Shown piece after piece: positions 1 through 15,000 of a stretch of 64,000 nt of DNA. The number at the start of each line of letters is the position of its first letter. The stretch's first letter is position 1. The DNA comes from Diplonema japonicum (lineage: Eukaryota > Protista > Euglenozoa: Diplonemea), in NCBI GenBank assembly GCA_964019335.1, contig OZ025711.1:186001-250000 (forward strand), read 5' to 3'. Both the position numbers and the translations under genes were made by a program. Under the pieces are notes generated by a model. That model was not told the DNA's origin, did no database searches, and saw only the letters and a list, made by a program, of their open reading frames with translations.

Positions 1-3000
1 ACAAGGCTTCACCTCGCAGCCCGAGGTCGACGCGTTCCACTGGCAACCCGTTTCCGCCGTGCACGTGGTGACGGTGTCCCCTGCACAAACTGCTTTGCGG
101 TAGCAGGTCTCATCGCTAGAGTCCCACCCGTTCACGCACTCATTCACAACGTCCTGGTTGCAGGTCGTCTCGTTGCAGTGCATCACACACGGCGACGTCC
201 CGCACGACAGCTGATTCCACGAGCACCCCACATCCTTCATGCAGTTCTTCTTCGTGGTGTAGGCGTTGCACGGCTGGTGTTTCCCCCCGGCCACCCCCAT
301 CGCGATCGAGGAACCGAAGTCCGTCGCGGGGTCGCACAATTGCGTCAGCGGGCTGCTGCTCGAGGCGAGCTCGTCCATGTCCACGTTCACGAAGTGCTTG
401 TCGTGCGGGGACGAGGTGATCGGCTTCAGTGCCTCCTCCGCGTCCGTGTCCACCTTCGTGTGCGACGCGAACCTCCTCACCACGATTCCGAACACCTCGG
501 CACTGACAGAGTCAAGCTTTGCCTTCGCATCCTCCAGGTACGCCTGGTCCTGGAGCTGCCCGTCAGTGATGACGTACACAGCCCTCCTCCTCCCGTCAGT
601 GGGGGAGCTCGACAGGATGCTGGCCGCCATCTGCAGACCGAGGTTCACATAGGTTCCCTTCTCCATGAAGTTCGCCTCGTGCCAGTCGAGGTCCGCAGAG
701 AGCTCCGCGAAGTCGCCCGACAGCCTCCCAGCTGCACCGACACCGGCGGGGGTCTTGATCGCAGACCCGGCAATAGGTGTCTTCGTGAGGGGCGCTGTGG
801 CAACGCCGCTGAACTGCACGAAAGCGACGCGGATCTTCCTGGAGGTAGGGTCTGTGGTCACGGGGGCCCCCGCCTTCTCCCCGCTCAAGGGCAATCCCCC
901 TACCCACGCCCTCAGCATCTCCACCATCCCGTAGAAGCCGTGCGGGTGGCGCCCGAAGACTTGGCTCATCGATGCCGACCCGTCGAACACAACCACCAGG
1001 TCCAACGTGGGGCACGTCCCGTACTTCTGGTCCACGCAGGTCTTGTCCCCCGAGAGCCAGAAGCAGCCGGGCTCCTTGTGGCACGCGCACTGCTCCTTAA
1101 GCATCCCGCACTCCTTCTCCTTGCAGATGCTGGTTGCAGTGTCCGTCAGGCACGCGGCGTCTTGGTTGCACTCGTCCTCGTTGCAGATGCTCGTCTCCAT
1201 GTTGCAGTACTTCCTGCAGTACTTCACCTCGCAGGCACCCGGGGCGATCGCCGTGCTCCACTCGCAGCTGTCGTCTGCCATGCAGAGCTTCTCGTTCCCG
1301 TACTGCTTGCACGGGGCGGGCACACATTTGTTGTTGCTGTTCCACACGCACATCCCCGGCTCCGTTGTCTCGCACGCCGCCTGGTTCCCGTAGTTGCATT
1401 TCTTCACCTCGCACTCCACAGCATCCACGTTCCACGCGCACTCCAAGTCCAGGTTGCAACTGTCCATGTTGTCGTACACGCACGGCTTCTTCTTGCAGTC
1501 CTGCTTCACGTTGTCCCACACACACACAGCGGGGTCTGCGAGGCAGCCCTGCTCGTTGTCGTGCTTGCACTCTTTCCCGATGCACACGCTGTTCTTCCAT
1601 TCGCACTCTGCGTCGACAACGCACTCCGCTTGCCCTGGGTACTTGCACACCTCCTCCTTCCCGCAAGAGTTCACCGTTCCGTTCCACTTGCACAGGTTCA
1701 CCGTGTCGGCCGTGCACTTTGCGCTGTCGCAGTGCTCAAGGCACGGCGAGTCCGCGCACGACAGGGTCGCATCGAACCACACGCAGCCGGTATCCTTGTT
1801 GCAAGAATCCTTCATAGAGTGGAGCTGGCAGGGCTGCCTCCCCTCCGCAACCACCCCGACGTACTTGCCCCAAGCCGCATTCGGGTCGCACAACCCGTTC
1901 AGCGAGGTCGCGATCTCGTCCACCTGCACGTTCACGATGTGGCCGGTCTTGGGGTCAGACACCAGGGGTTGCAGAGTCTGCTGCGCCTTCTCGTCGAGGG
2001 TGGTGTGCGTGTCGAAGGGGCGCACCACAAGGCCGAAGACCTGCACCTGCGCCTGATCCAGCTCCGCCCTCGCTGTCTGGTACTTGTCCGCGTCATCGAG
2101 CTCGCCGTCCGTCACGATGATCAGCACCCGCTTCCTCCCGTCCACGGGCGAGGTGCGGAACAGGCTGACAGCCTTCTGCAAGCCCGCGAGGAGGTAGGTG
2201 GTCTGCGGGGTGGGCTGCGTCAAGAGACTGCCCCCCATGAAGTTGGCCTCCTGGAAGGTGAGGTCCGCCTCCACTTCCGACAGGGAGCCGGTGAAGCGCC
2301 CCTCGCTGGTCCCGGTTCCAGTGGCCGTGAGGGCCTGCCTGCTGTCGGACGGGGCCCAGCTTTCACTTCCCGCAAACTGCACGAAGGCGAGGCGCACGGC
2401 CTGCGAGTTCGCAGCCGGGACGGCAGTGGCTCCTGCCACCTCCCCACTCAGGGGGAGGGTCTGTGCCCAGTCTCGCACAACCTCCACAAGGGCGTAGAAT
2501 CCCTGGGGGTGGCGCCCGAACTTCCTCTCCATCGACACCCCTCCGTCCAAGAGCACCACCACGTCGAGCGTCGGGCACGTCCCGTAGCGCTGGAAGGTGC
2601 AGTGCGGCTTACCGGGGGCGGTGCTGTAGAAGCAGTCCGGGTCAGCCTCGCAAGCACACTTGTCAGTCAGCTTGTTACAGTCCTTCTCCCCGCACTTCGT
2701 CCCCTCCCACATGCACGCCCTCTCGCTGTTGCACGCGTTCTCACTCCCGTACGCCCTGCAAGGACCGACACTGCAGACTGCAGGAGACTGCTTCACGTCC
2801 CAGTGACAACCCTCCCCTTCCTCGTTGGCGTTGCAGCACCTCTCATCCACGTACGCCGTGCAGGTTTTCATTGCACAAGCGGATCCGCTCCACCCGCATA
2901 GGGCGTCGGAGGTGCACTCTGCAGCCGTCGAGTAGTCGCAAGGTTTGCGCACGCACATCGCAGGGATCCCCGTCCCGACGCATGCGACGTCCCACAGGCA

Positions 3001-6000
3001 CTTCGCGTCCCCCTTGCAGGCCGCCTCCTCTGTGTACTGGCACGGTTTCTCCGTGCAGGTGCCGTCCTTTGACGACCACTCGCAGTCGTAGGTCGAGTCG
3101 GCGGTGCAGCTGTTCTCGTCCGGGTAGTCGCACGGCTTGTCCACGCACTTGTCCTCCCTCCAGGCACAGGTCGTGTCCACGTTGCAGTCCGTCTCCTTCT
3201 TGTACCCAGAGCATCCCTCCTCCTTGTAGCACACGCTCTCGTCGGCCTTCCAGAAACACTTGTTCGCCGTGTCGCTCTTGCACAGGCCCTCCGAGCAGTG
3301 CTTGATGCACGGGGTGTCCACGCAGGCCGCGAGGACGTCACGGAACGCGCACCCGACGTCCCCGTTGCAGGCCTCCTTCTCGTTGTAGTTCCCACAAGGT
3401 TTGTGCACCCCTGCCTGCGCCGTCTCCACAATGTACTTCCCCCACATGCTGTTCGGGTCGCACAGCCCGTCCAGGGTGTCGGAGATCTCGTCCAGGAGGA
3501 GGTTGTAGTAGTGCTCCGCGTGCGGCTCCGAGGTGATTGGCTTCAGAGTCGCCTCAGCGTCGATGTCCGTTTGCGTGTGCGCGTCGAAGCGCCTCACCAC
3601 GATACCGAAGGTGATCACCTCCTCTTGCTCCAAACGCTTCCTCGCGTCTACCAGCTTGTCCGCATCCTGGATCTGCCCGTCAGTGAAGATCAGGAGCACC
3701 CTCTTCCTCCCGTCCCTCGGTGAGGCCTGGAACATGTCAGCCGAAACGTCGAGCGCCGCAGCGATGTAGGTCCCGCCCTCCATGAAGTTCGTCTCCTGCC
3801 AAACCAGATCCGCGTCCACCTCCGACCTGTCACCGGAGAGCCTGCCCCCGCTCCCAGTCCCAGTCGGAGTCTTCTGCGCCCCGTCCACGAGGTCCGTTCC
3901 GGGGATCTTGATAGCCGGCTTCCCGCTGAACTGCACGACACCGATCCTGGTCTTCCCCGTAGCGGCCGTGGGGGTCCCAGCCTTCTCCCCGCTCAGGGTG
4001 AGCTTCCCGGTCCACGTCTTCAACACCTCCATCAACCCGTAGAAGCCGTGTGGGTGGCGTCCGAACGTCTGCGTCATCGACGCAGACCCGTCCACCGCGA
4101 GCACGATGTCGAGGGTTGGGCACTCTCCGAACTTCGCGGTCTTGCACACCCCCTTGTCCCAGAAGCAGTCCGCGTCCTTGTGGCAGCGGCATGTGTCATT
4201 CTGGAAGGCCCCGCACTCCTTGTCCACGCATTTCTTTTTCGTTTCGTCCCACATGCACAATCCGTCGCTGTCACACGCCCCCGAGTCCCCAGCGTACCTC
4301 TCGCAGTACTTCGGCTCGCACTCGCTGGTCCAGTCGCACCCCTCGTCCAGCTTGCACTCGATCTCGCTCTGGTACTGCTTGCACGGGGCGGGCACACATT
4401 TGTCGTTGCTGTTCTCCCACACGCACATCCCTGGCTCCGTCGTCTCGCACGCCGTCTGGTTCACGTACGTGCAGAGCTTAGGCAGGCACTCTGGCACCAA
4501 CGGCTTCCATGCGCACTTCGAGTCCAACGTGCACTGGTCCAGGTTGTCGTAGTTGCACGGCTTCTCCCCACAGGTCTGGTCCAAGTTGTTCCACACGCAC
4601 GAGTCGGGGTCCGCTACGCAGCCCTGCTCCGTGTCGTGCTTGCACTTCTTCCCGATGCAGGTACCCTTGTCCACCTCGCACTCGGGGTCCGCCTCGCACG
4701 CAGCGAGGTCCGGGTATTTGCAGACCTCTTCCTTCTCGCAAGAGGCCCCGTTCCACACACACCTGTTGGCCGTGTCTGCCACGCAAACGGGTGCCTCGCA
4801 GTGGGTCAGGCATGGGGAGTCTCCGCAAGACAGGGTCGTGTCGAACCACACGCAACCGGCGTCCTTGTTGCACGCTGTCTTCTCAACACGGAGGTTGCAC
4901 GGCTCGCGATCGACGGCGGTCGCGGCGATGAACGCACCCCATTGGCTGTTCGGGTCACACAAACCGTTCAGCGAGGTCGCCAGCTGGTCCAGTTCGACGC
5001 TCACGAAGTGACCGTCTTTGGGGTCTGACACCACCTCCTTAAGGTCCGCGTCCGCCTGCAGGTCCCCCGCAGACTGCGCCGTAAACGGGCGCACAGTGGC
5101 CCCGAACACCACCACCTGCGAAGCAGCTAGGTCCGCCATCACTGTCTGGTACTTGTCCTTGTCGTTCAGGGGGCTGTCCGCCACAACGATCAGCACGCGC
5201 CTCCTCCCGTCCACGGGACCAGCCTTGAATAAGCTCGACGCCTTCTGCAGGCCTGCGAGGAGATAGGTGGTCTGAGGGGCGGGCTGACGGGCAGCGTTGC
5301 CCCCCATGAAGTTGTCCTCCTGGAACTCGAGGTCTTTCTCAACCTCCGAGAGCACCCCGGTGAGGCGCCCCTCGCTGGTCCCCGTCCCGGTTGAGGAAAG
5401 GACCTGTTTCGCGTCGCCGGCCGGCCACAGGCTGCTTCCTGCAAACTGCACGAAGGCGAGACGTGCGGCGTTGTTGTTGGCGGGGGTGGCGGCCCCTGCC
5501 GCGCTTCCGGAGAGCGGGAGGGTTCTCGCCCAGTCTCGCACAACCTCCACAAGGGCGTAGAATCCCTGGGGGTGGCGCCCGAACTTCCTCTCCATCGACA
5601 CCCCTCCGTCCAAGAGCACCACCACGTCGAGCGTCGGGCACGTCCCGTAGCGCTGGAAGGTGCAGTGGTTCGACCCGGCAACAAAAAAGCAGTCCGGGTC
5701 AGCCTCGCAGGGGCACCTTGTCGTGTACTTCCCGCAAGACTTCTCCAAGCAGGCGCTGCTTCCTCCTTCCCACATGCAGTTCCTGTCAGCGTTGCAAGTC
5801 CCCTCCGAGCCGAGCAGGCGGCAAGGGAGCTGCGAGCACACTGCAGGGGCCTGCTGCACGTTCCAGTGGCACCCGTCGTCGCGGTTGCAGCACTTCTCGT
5901 CGGGGTAGTGCGCACAGGTCGCGACGGCGCAGCCAGAGGCGTTCCACGCGCACATCACGTCTTCCTTGCACGCGGTCTCGTTGCTGTGCATGCACGGCTT

Positions 6001-9000
6001 CACTATGCACATCTGGTCCTCGGGCTCCTTGCACGTGTCCTCCCACTGGCAACCGCTGTCCGCCCGGCAGTCCGCCGTATTGTTGTAGTTGCAAGGCTTC
6101 TCACTGCACTTCTTCGTCACCGTCGACCACACGCAGTCAGCTTCGGTGTCGGCGATGCAGCTCGTCTCGTCAGGGTAGTAGCACGGTTTCTCGATACACT
6201 TGTTCGAGTCCCACTTGCACTCCTGGTCGTTGTTGCAGTTCACTTCGTCGGAGTACGGGCAGATCGGCTTCTTGAAGCACTCCTCGAGGCTCCCGTCCCA
6301 CACGCACTTCGTAGAAGTCTCCCCCTCGCAGGTCGGCTGGTCACAGTGCGGCACGCACACGGAGTCCAGGCACGAAGTGAGGACGTCCGACCAGGTGCAT
6401 CCCTTGTCCGCAACGCAAGTCGTCTTCGCGAGGTAGTTCAGGCAGGGTTGGTGCACCCCCGCCTGCGTGGTCTGCGGGGTGACGATGAGGTGTCCCCACG
6501 GTCCGTTCGGGTCGCACAGCCCGTTCAACGCCTGGTCCGGAACCTCGTCGATCTGCAGGTTCATGAAGTGCTCGTCCTGAGGCGCAGACACTATTGGCTT
6601 CAGCGTCGCCTCAGCGTCAATATCAGTCTGAGTGTGCTGCGCGAACCTCCTCACCACGATCCCGAAGGTCTGAACAGACAGCCCGTCAAGATCTTGCCTC
6701 GCCTGCACCATGATGTCCTTGTCCGCCCCCGCGTCTTCGATCATCCCGTCTGTGAAGATCATGAGCACACGCTGCCTCCCGTCCACAGGCGAGGAGCTCG
6801 CGAATATGTTTGCCGCCCTCTTCAACCCCTTCGCAATGTAGGTCCCAGCCTCCAGGTAGTTGCTCTCGTGCCAGTCCACGTCCGACTTCAATTCGGCAGA
6901 AGCTCCGGAGAGGCGGCCTGCCGTCCCCACCCCCACCGGGCTTACCGCTACCGACTCAACCACGGGGCCGCTCCAGGTGTTAGGAGGGCTGAAGAACTGC
7001 GGGTGCCCAGAGAACTGCACCACCGCGACTCGCACTTTCCCGCTGTTTGCCTGCGAGGCAGCCCCCACCGTCGCCACCTCCCCGCTCAGGGGCAGGCTCT
7101 GGATCCAGTCCCCCAGCATCTCCATCAGTGCGAAGAAGCCGTGCGGGTGGTGCCCGAAGGACTGGCTCATCGACTGCGAGCCGTCTACGAGAACCACGAT
7201 GTCCATCGTGGGGCACGCACCGTAGGTGTTCTTCACGCACGACCCACCCGTCCCAGTTGCCTTCCAGAAACACTTCGGGTCCTCCACACACAGGCACTTC
7301 GTGAGGTCGTTGCAGTTCTTCTCCACACACATTTTCTTTCCATCCTCCCACGCGCAGTTGTTGTCGGCATTGCAGGTGGGGCTGTCCTTCAGCTTCGCGC
7401 AAGGCTCCTCCACACACATCGCGGGCGAGATGGACGGGCTCCAGTGGCATCCCTCCTTCTTGTTGCACGGGAGCTCTTCCATTACGTCCGTGCACGGCTT
7501 CTGCACGCATGCAGTCGTATTCACCACCCAGTCGCAGTACGGGTCCGCCACGCACTCCGTCCTGCTGGTCTCCGTGCACTTCTCCTCCGCGCAGCCGCCC
7601 GCGTTCACGATGACGTTCCCAACGGAGCCGGTGCAGGCGGGTCCGCTCGTCGTCCCCCACTCGCACGCGTACCCGAGCACCGCCTTGTCGCTCGTTTTCG
7701 CCACGCTGCTCCACTCCCCGTTGGGGAAGATGTAGCCGTCACCGTTCACCGCGGAGGGCTCTCCAGTCATCCAGTTATCGTAGCTGCTGATGGGTGTCGT
7801 GGCTTCCGGACCGGTGCTCCACGTCCATGCACCGTTCGTCGCTGAGGCCCCCATCCAGCCCTCCGCGGCGATCCTCCCTCTCGCCACTTCCGTCTCAAGG
7901 TCAGTAGTCGCTGTCATCAGGTAGCCGCTTATCCCGAGGAAGGCCTTTGCCGCACAGGCCTGCTTCGCGTCCTCCCACGTGCACCCAGCGGTCGTTGCGC
8001 CGCCGGTCGTCTGGCACACCGTGTTCGAGGAGTAGTAGCGGTAGTAGTGGCCCGTCCTGGCGTCGTACACCCCCTGCCCGTAGTTCCATGTGATCCCCCT
8101 CGGGTTCCCCGCAGCGGAGGTCGTTGCGAAGGTCACCTTGTTCAAGGCCTCCGTGAACTTCTCCAGTGACTTTTCCTGCCCGTCCGCGGAGGTCAGCAGC
8201 AGGGAGCCCGTCTCAGCGGACCACTCCGTCTTCATCCCGAGGGCGGGGCACCCCGCGCACTCCAGCGTGTCCTTCCCCTTCACATAATCTGCGCTGTCGA
8301 TGCTCACGGCCGCGCCGTTCACCATCCCGGCACAACCGTTCATACAGGTCGTTGTTGGGTTGCAGGTAAGGTTTAACGGAGACATCTTCACACCCTTGCT
8401 GTAGGACAGGGGGTTGTTCCCGTTGTTCCAGTCGCACAGCCTGTCGCTCTCGCAGGTCGCCTCATCCGGGTGGTTGCACGGCTTTTCCGTGCATTCCTGG
8501 TCGATGTTGTTCCACACGCACTTGTCGGGGTCCGCCACGCAGCCCTGTTCCGTGTCGTGCAGGCACTTCTTGTCCACGCACGTTGTGTTGTCCTTCGACA
8601 ACTCGCACTTGGGGTTCTTCGGGCATTCCCCCGCGGAGAGAGAGTCGCACCCCACCTGCGGCTCCTTCTGGCACAGGCTCTTGGTCGAGTCCCAGGCGCA
8701 CTTGTTCGTCGTGTCATTCTTGCAAGGGATCTCCTCGCAGTGCTGCATGCACGGAGTGTCCGCGCAGGAGAGGGTCGCGTCGTACCACGCGCACCCCGAG
8801 TCGGCGTTGCAAGCCCCCATCAGGGTGTGCTGCTTGCATGGCTTGTTCACCCCGGTGCTGCTGCTCCCGTTCGTCCCGACAACGAGCCTCCCGAACTTCC
8901 CGTTCGGGTCGCAGATCTCTCCCAGCACCAGCGTCGGAACCTCATCGATCATGAGGTTTTGGAAGTGGTCGTCCTTCGGCACCGACACCATTGGCTTCAG

Positions 9001-12000
9001 GGTCTGCTCCGCGAGATCGTCAATCGCGGTGTGCGCGGTAGCCTTCCTCACCACCACCCCGAACACCTGCACCCTCTCCTTATCGAGCTCCCCGCGCGCC
9101 TGCAGCACGGCCTGGGTGTCCGGGTCGAAGACCTGCCCGTCCGTGATGATGATGAGCACTCTCTGCCTCCCGTCGTTCGGGGAGGCGTGGAACATCTGCG
9201 CCACGTCGGTCAGCCCCTTCGCGATCATGGTCCCGCCACCGTAGTAGTTGGTCTCCTGCCAGTCGATGTCGGCGTTCAGTTCTGCGAGGTCCCCGGTGAG
9301 ACTCCCGGAGGAGCCGATCCCAGCGGGGGTTGCCTGAGCGTCCGCCCTCCCGGGGTCCGCTCCTTGAGCGTTTATTCCAGAAAACTGGATGATCCCCACA
9401 CGCACCTTCCCGCTGTTCGCCTGCGAGTTTACTCCGACAATTCCCTTCTCCCCGCTCAAGGGCAGCGTCGTCACCCAGTCCCTGACCATCTCCATAATAG
9501 CGTCGAAACCGTGCGGGTGGCGCCCGAAGGACTGGCTCATCGACCCTGACCCGTCCAACAAGAGCACCAGGTCCAGCGTGGGGCACTGCCCGAACTGGAA
9601 CGGGGTACAGAAGTCCTTATCCCCGTTCCAGTAGCAGTCCGCGTCCTTCCTGCACTCGCACTCCGCGAGCTTCCCGCACTCCTTCTCTACGCACTTGCTA
9701 CCCTCGTACACGCACGGGCTGTCGCTGTCGCACTTCGCCGGGTTCGCGTTCATCTTCGCACAGTGCTTCACGCTGCACTGCGCGGGGGACACAGAGATGT
9801 CCCAGTGGCAGTCCACCTCCGTGTTGCAGCACCTCTCCCCGGAGTGGATGGCGCACAGCTCCTGCACGCAGGTGAAACCGGTCACACCGCTCACCCATTG
9901 GCACCGCGTGTCCTTCGTACAAGATACTTCATCCGTGAAGACCGTCGGGTCGCAGCTCTTCTTTTGGCAGGCACCGCCCCCGGCGACCCCCGCGCAGGCG
10001 TCCCACTCGCAGAGGGCATCGGCACCGCAGTCCGCTTCCACTGTGTGCTTGCACGGCTTCTCCGCACAGGTTTTCGTTGCCGCCGTCCACTCGCACCCCT
10101 TCGGGTCCGCTTCGCACTCTGTCTCAGTCTGCTGGTTGCACGGGCGCTCCACGCAGTCAGGCTTCGAAGCATCCCAGTCGCACTGGTCGTCCGCCTCGCA
10201 CGTGGTCTCATCGTTGTAGGCGCAGATTGTCTCCACCCAGCAGGAGGGATCCGTCGTCCCGTTCACCACCTTCCACTCGCAGTGGTTCACCGTGTCGGCC
10301 GTGCACTTCGTGCTGTCGCAGTGCGCCACGCAAGGGGAGTCTACGCACGACAGGCCTACGCTACTCCACACGCAACCGGGGTCCGTTGTGCACTCCATCT
10401 GCACCAGGTGCTGCGGGCACGGCTTGTGCATCCCAGCCTGGTTCTCGCTCGACGCTCCGGGCATGAGGAGCTGTCCCCACTTGCTGTTCGGGTCGCAGAT
10501 CCCGTTCAGGACCTGGTCCGGCATATCGTCGATCAGCACGTTCATGAAGTGATCGTCGTGCGGGTCCGAGGTGATCGGCTTCAACGCCGCCTCCGCGTCC
10601 AGGTCCTCTTGCGTGTGCGCCGCAGCTTTCCTCAGCACCACCCCGAAAATCTTCACTCCTTCCGCAGTGAGGACTGCCTTCGCGGGGGCGAGGGACGCCG
10701 TGTCCTTGATTGCTCCGTCTGTCACGATGATGAGTACCTTCTGCCTCGTGGACGGGGAGAACTGGAACATGGTCCCGGCCCAGTTCAGCCCCATCGCGAT
10801 GAAAGTGCTCCCCTGGATGTAGTTTGCCTCGTGCCAGTCGATGTCCCCTTGCAGCTCCGTCAAATCCCCGGTCAGGGAACCCGAGGACCCAACCCCGACA
10901 GGGGTTTTCACCGCCTCAGGGACAGGACCAGAGAACTGGATGATCCCCATTCGGAGTCCGCCGTTCGGGGCTGTCGACGCCTTCCCGACTGTGTGGTCCT
11001 CCCCCGTGAGGGGCAACGTGTTCACCCAGTCCCGGATCATCTCCATCATGGCGTAGAAGCCGTGCGGGTGGCGCCCGAAGGCCTCGCTCATCGAGCCGGA
11101 CCCGTCCAGCAGCATCACCACGTCCAACACGGGGCACTGCCCGTACTTGCTCTCCACGCACTTCGGGACCGTGGAGCGCACGTCCCAGTAGCACCTGTCC
11201 TCCGCGTGGCACTTGCAGCGGTCGTCGTTGAACTTGCTGCACTCCTTCTCCACACACTTCGTCTGCGTTGCGTTCCACATGCACTCGTCCTCTGCGTTGC
11301 ACTCCGCAGGGCCCTTGAAGGCCCTGCACGGCTTCTCCTTGCACATGGCGGGCGAGCTGCTCACGTCGAAGCGGCAGTCCGGGTCCTTCGAGCACTCCTT
11401 CTCGTTCGGGTACAGCACACACGGGGCGATCACACAGGGGTCGGTCGTCCCGCCAACCCAGTCGCAGAACGGGTCCGCCTCACACTTCGCGTCGGTGTCG
11501 TAGTCACACTTCTCAGTCACGCACACGCCCCCCACGAGGTCCACCATCCCGCCGCAGGCGGTCGCCGCAGCCGCCGTGTTCTGGGTCGTTCCGAAGTTCC
11601 AAGTAAGGCTCCTCTTCCCGCCGTCTGTCGACGAGGTGGTGAACTCGATGCTGGCCACGATTTCCGCGAGCTTGTCGCCACTCACCCCGGACCCGCCGCT
11701 CACCGTCAGGGAACCCTCCGCTGCCTGCCAGTTCACAGTCACGCCCGCAGCAGCGCAGCCACCGCAGGCGAGAGAGTCCTTCCCATTCACGTAGCCGCCC
11801 TCGATGCGGACAAACACCGCGTTCTGCGCAGTGCATGAGCAGCTGGCGTCGCACGTCGCAGCGGGGAACGGCTTCACGGGCACCAGCACCTCGTAGGAGA
11901 CAGCCCCCGTTCCAGCGTTCGTTGACGCCCCCGAGTAGACGAGCCACTCGCAGCCGGTCTCCGACTTGCAGTCTACCTCCTTAGTGTGCTGGCAGGGGAT

Positions 12001-15000
12001 CGGCTTGCAGACGGGCGTCGGGAGCAGCGACCACTCACAGCCATCGGGGTCCTGCTCACAGGCAGGCTCGTTATCGTGGATGCACGGCTCAACGGTGCAG
12101 ACCGCAGCCTTCGTCACAGCCGAGTCCGTCGACGGAGGCTGGCACACGCACTTCCAGTCATCCAGGCTCGTGGAGTTGGTGTTCGGGTCGAAGCATAGTT
12201 GGGCGCAGTTCAACGCCCCCTTGCAGTCGGCGGTGCACTTCCATCCGTTCTCCTTGCACTCGTCCACCTCGCAGGTCGCGGGCTTCCCGGTCGCTGTGTT
12301 CTTCGAGGGCGACGGGCACTTGCAGATCCAGTCGCTCTTGCTCGACTCTGACGTATTCGGGTCCTCGCAGGTCTGCCCAGCGTCCTTGCAGGTGTTCTTC
12401 GAGCAGGTGTCGCAGTCTTCAACGCACTCGTCGAGCACGCAGGTTGCCTTCTGTGCGACCGCCGACCCCTTCGCAGGGTCCGTGCACACGCACTCCCAGT
12501 CGTTTAGCCTGCTGGTGTTGAGGTCCGTGCATGTCTGCCCTTCGGCGGTACAGGTTGCACCGTGCTCGACGCACTCGTCGACGGTGCACATCGCTGCATG
12601 AGCCACAACCTTCCCCTTAGTGGGGGGGGGGCAGCTGCAGGTCCAATCTCCGAGGCTGGTAGGCGAGGTGTCCGGGTCGAAGCAGGTTTGTTCGCAGTTC
12701 GGGGTATTCGGGGCAACGCAGTTTGCGGTGCAGTTGTTCTGCGGCTCGTCACACTCGTCGATCTCGCAAACTGCGGGCTTCGCCGTCGCCTGGTGGGTCG
12801 AGGGCGGCGGGCACTTGCAGACCCAGTCGCCGGTGCTGGTGGCAGTCGTGTCGGGGTCCTCGCACTCCTGTCCGACACTTTTACAGGTGTCGTTCGCGCA
12901 CGTGGGGCAGTTCTGGACCTTGCACTCGTCAAGCAGACACCTCGCCGGTCGCACGGTAGCGTTCCCCGTTGCAGGGGGCAGGCACTCGCAAACCCAGTCG
13001 TTCAGCGTCTGCTGGTTTGTGTCCTCGCACTCCTGTCCCTCCGCCGCACAGACAGTTTCCTTCTCGTCACACTCGTTGTAGGTGCAGTGCACCACAGGGC
13101 CAGCAACCATCTTTCCGGTCGCTGGGGGAGGGCACAAGCACTCCCAGTCCCCTGTGCTCACGGTCGTGGGGTTCGGGTCGTAGCAGGTCTGCCCGCAGTC
13201 CAGGGTCCCAGGCACACACGCCTCTGTGCACTTCCCGGCATTCACAGGATCCTTGCACTCATCGAGGTCGCACACTGCCATTTTCCCCGTGGCTGTGTGG
13301 TTCGACGGAGGAGGGCACTTGCAAACCCAGTCGCTGGTGCTCGTGGGGCTGGTGTTCATGTCCTCGCAGTCCTGCAACCCACAGGTGTTGTTCGCGCACG
13401 TCGGGCAGTCTTGGATCTTGCACTCGTCGTACACGCACTCCGCAGCCTGCGCCGTCGCGTTCCCGACGCTCGGCGGTTTGCACTTGCACTCCCAGTCCCC
13501 GGCCTTCGTGTGGTCAGGGTCGTTGCACTCCTGTCCCTGTGCAATGCACGTAGCGCTGTTAATCTCGCACTCATCGAGGGAGCACATAGCGACAGATCCG
13601 GTGGCGTTCCCGATCATCGGGGGCTCGCACTCGCAAACAAAGTCCGACGGCGTGTTGCATGCGGTGTTCGCGTCGTAGCAAGACTGGTTCGCACCAGCGC
13701 AAAGGGTGTCTCCGACACACTCGTCGCAGATGCAGACCGCAGGTTTCCCCGTTGCAGAGTTGTTCGCTGCAGGGGGCTTGCAGGTGCAGATCCAGTCGCC
13801 CGTGCTCGAGGCGTCCGTGTTGGGGTCCGTGCAGGTCTGGTCCGCGTCGGAGCACGTCGTTCCCGCACACGTGGGGCACGTCTCAACGCACTCGTCGAGC
13901 TTGCAGGTGGACGCTGCCTGTCCCACCGCCATCCCGGTGCTGGGGGGCGGGCACTTGCACTCCCAGTCGTCGAGCTTGGTCAGGTCGGGGTCGTTGCAGA
14001 TCTGGCCCACAGCCGTGCATGTGGCGTTTTTCTCCTTGCACTCGTTGACCTCGCAAGTGGCCGCCTGGGCGGTGGCCGTCCCGCTGTAGGGGGCTTTGCA
14101 TTCGCAGGTGTAGTCCTTCGTGCTGTCGCAGGCGGTGTTCGGGTCGAAGCAGATCTGTCCGGCCGCGGAACACTTCTGGTCCGCCTCCTTGCATTCGTCA
14201 CAGACGCAGGTCGCCGGCTTCGCCGTCGCGCTCCCCACACCAGGCGGGGGACACGTGCAGATCCAGTCGTTCAGGTCGTGCACACCGGTGTTGGTGTCCT
14301 TGCAGGTTTGCCCCTCGTCCGAGCACGCCCCCTTCGAGCACGATGGGCAGGTGGCAACGCACTCATCGAGAGAGCAGTTCGCGGCACCGCCTGTGACAGG
14401 GGTCCCGGTCCACGGTGTCGGGCACTCGCACTGCCAGTCGCCGTACTTTGTTTTGTCGGGGTCCCTGCACTCTTGCCCCTCGGCGGTGCAGAGGTTCGTG
14501 GGGCTGCCCGCGGTCTGCGCGCAGGTCGGGCAGACTACCACGCACTCGTCCGTCTCGCACACCATCCCAGCGACACCGCCGGGAGTGGTGGCGGTCACGT
14601 TGGTGCCGGTCGAAGGAGGAGGGCACATGCAGACCCAGTCTCCTGTGGACATAGGGTCGGTGTTGGGGTCGTCGCAGATGTGGCCGGCCGCAACGCACTT
14701 CTTGGCCTCCGGGTCCGTCTTGCACTCACCAGGGTATTCGCACTCAGCAGGGTTCATCACCGCCGATGCGGTCTTGATGGCGGGTGGGACGATGCAGTGG
14801 CACTCCCAGTCATTGCGGCTGCCCAATGAGGGGTTGGGGTCCACGCACTCCTGACCGGCGTCCGCACACTTCTTCTCGTTGTCGGGGTCCTTGCACTCGT
14901 CAACAACACAAGGTGTCGCGGCCTTCCCGGTCGCGAAGCCCGTGGAAGGAGGCGGGCACGTACAGATCCAGTTGCCTGTGCTGTTCGCCGCCACGTTGGG

